Position numbers and translations under genes: made by a program | The notes under the pieces: generated by a model | The model's input: only the letters and a program-made list of their open reading frames with translations | What the model was told of the DNA's origin: nothing | Database searches by the model: none | Shown: one piece after another, positions 58,905 through 60,000 of the stretch | Layout of the letters: the number at the start of each line of letters is the position of its first letter | How positions within the stretch are numbered: the stretch's first letter is position 1 | Assembly: GCA_013239625.1 (NCBI GenBank) | Contig: MU053934.1 | Location: 11,573,003-11,633,002 of the forward strand | Origin: Lama guanicoe | Lineage: Eukaryota | Direction of reading: 5' to 3' | DNA: 60,000 bases

Positions 58905-59210
58905 TGCCGTGGATGCCCGCTTATGCCCCCAAAGCCCCTCTCTTGAGGTCCAGATCCCCGAGGGTGTTGGGAGGTGGGGCCCTCACGGTGGGGTCAGTGT
59001 CCTTGTGCAAGACAGGGAGCTCTCCGCCCTCTCCCCACCGTGTGAGGACCTGGGGCTACAGCCCGCCGAGGCCGGGAGAGGGCTCTGGCCAGAAACCCCC
59101 TCTGGCGCCTGGTCCAGGATGTGCGGCCTCCCGGAGCGTGGGAAGCGAGCGCCAGTTGTCTGCAGGCCTCCAGGCTGCGGTGATTGGTTTTGGCAGCCTG
59201 GCTAAGGCGG
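58905..59210 (+). mobile_element. MLT1A-like MaLR LTR, strongly GC-shifted
   Basis: CCCCCAAA...TTGGGAGGTGGGGCCCTCACGGTGGGGTCAGTGTCCTTGTGCAAGA...CCACCGTGTGAGGAC...GCCTCCCGGAGCGTGGG...TTTTGGCAGCC. Confidence 0.75.
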
Positions 59211-60000
59211 CTGCTTCCACCCCCGCGCTGTCCGAGTGCGGGCAGCCCCCTGGTCGGTGAGCTGCGTGTCTATGTGACACTGCTGCCGCCGCCCCGTTGC
59301 CCTCCGAGCTTAGCCAGCACCAGAGCTTTCCTCCCTTTTAACTCCCTGAAGCAGGTGCAGATGCGTGTTTACGTGAGAGCAGTCAGGGCTGTGTAAGCCG
59401 CTGCCTGAAACCGCCAAGGTGCGTCCACGAAGGCGGCCCTGGCGCCTCCCGCGGGGCTGGAAGGACACCGAGGGGCTTCACAGGGGCCTTGGGTCCAGGG
59501 GGCCCCCCTGCCCTGTCCACACTCCAGCCCCGAGGCGGCTGTTTCTGGCCCGCCCGGCCGGGCTCAGCCGGATCTCAGTGGCCTGGTCCCCTTTCTCACC
59601 CAGCTCATAGGAGGGTGGGACGGACGGAGTGAGCACAGAACAGAAACGGCCAGCTGGCCCGAATGGATCTGCTTCGGAGTCCCTGTGCCCAGGACGTCGG
59701 GCCTCGCCCGGTGTGGGCTCACCCCGATTCTGCTCCTCTGTAGCTCACACAGGCCGCCTGGCCACCTCCCCTCACTCAGCGAGGTTGGGGCGCCCAGTGA
59801 TTCCTGGGTCCCCACTCAGTGCACCTGCCAGCCACGCTCTTGGTGACTCTGAGCCTTCCGATCTCGCAGGGCCGAACAGAGGTACCTCCAGGCCCCTGAG
59901 ACGTGTCCTCTAATTCTCAGACGGAGAATTAAAGAGATGGGGGTGCTCAGCTCTGCAGCCCACCCCCCACCCATTTGATGAGTGATACAGGGAAAGATCC

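Noticed and set aside
1..60000. CpG-island promoter, or a specific host gene name
   Set aside because: CpG richness is diffuse and extends into dead repeats, with no discrete promoter or first exon. No exon was recognised, so the locus cannot be named from sequence alone.

Overview
GC- and CpG-rich mammalian non-coding DNA (intergenic or deep intronic). I recognise no protein-coding exon, RNA gene or prokaryote-type system. Most of the ORF track is noise from high GC and alternative start codons; the exceptions are fragments that translate to decayed LINE-1 ORF1/ORF2. The recognisable content is old interspersed repeats (L1M-type, L2, MIR, MER58, MER21, MLT1, ERV1-type solo LTRs), a few younger L1 3' ends, micro- and minisatellites, one 277-nt N gap, and short AT-rich, homeobox-motif-rich islands that look like developmental enhancers. 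The young L1 3' ends and the lack of lineage SINEs suggest a camelid-like cetartiodactyl (inference). The most notable signals are strong AT-to-GC rewriting of normally AT-rich repeats (suggesting GC-biased gene conversion), nested insertions including a solo LTR with an intact 4-bp TSD, a perfect 104-bp tandem duplication, a duplicated hairpin unit and a dense nuclear-receptor site cluster. I cannot support a claim of a new biological system here. All repeat family calls come from recalled consensus sequences, not from a search, and their boundaries are approximate.
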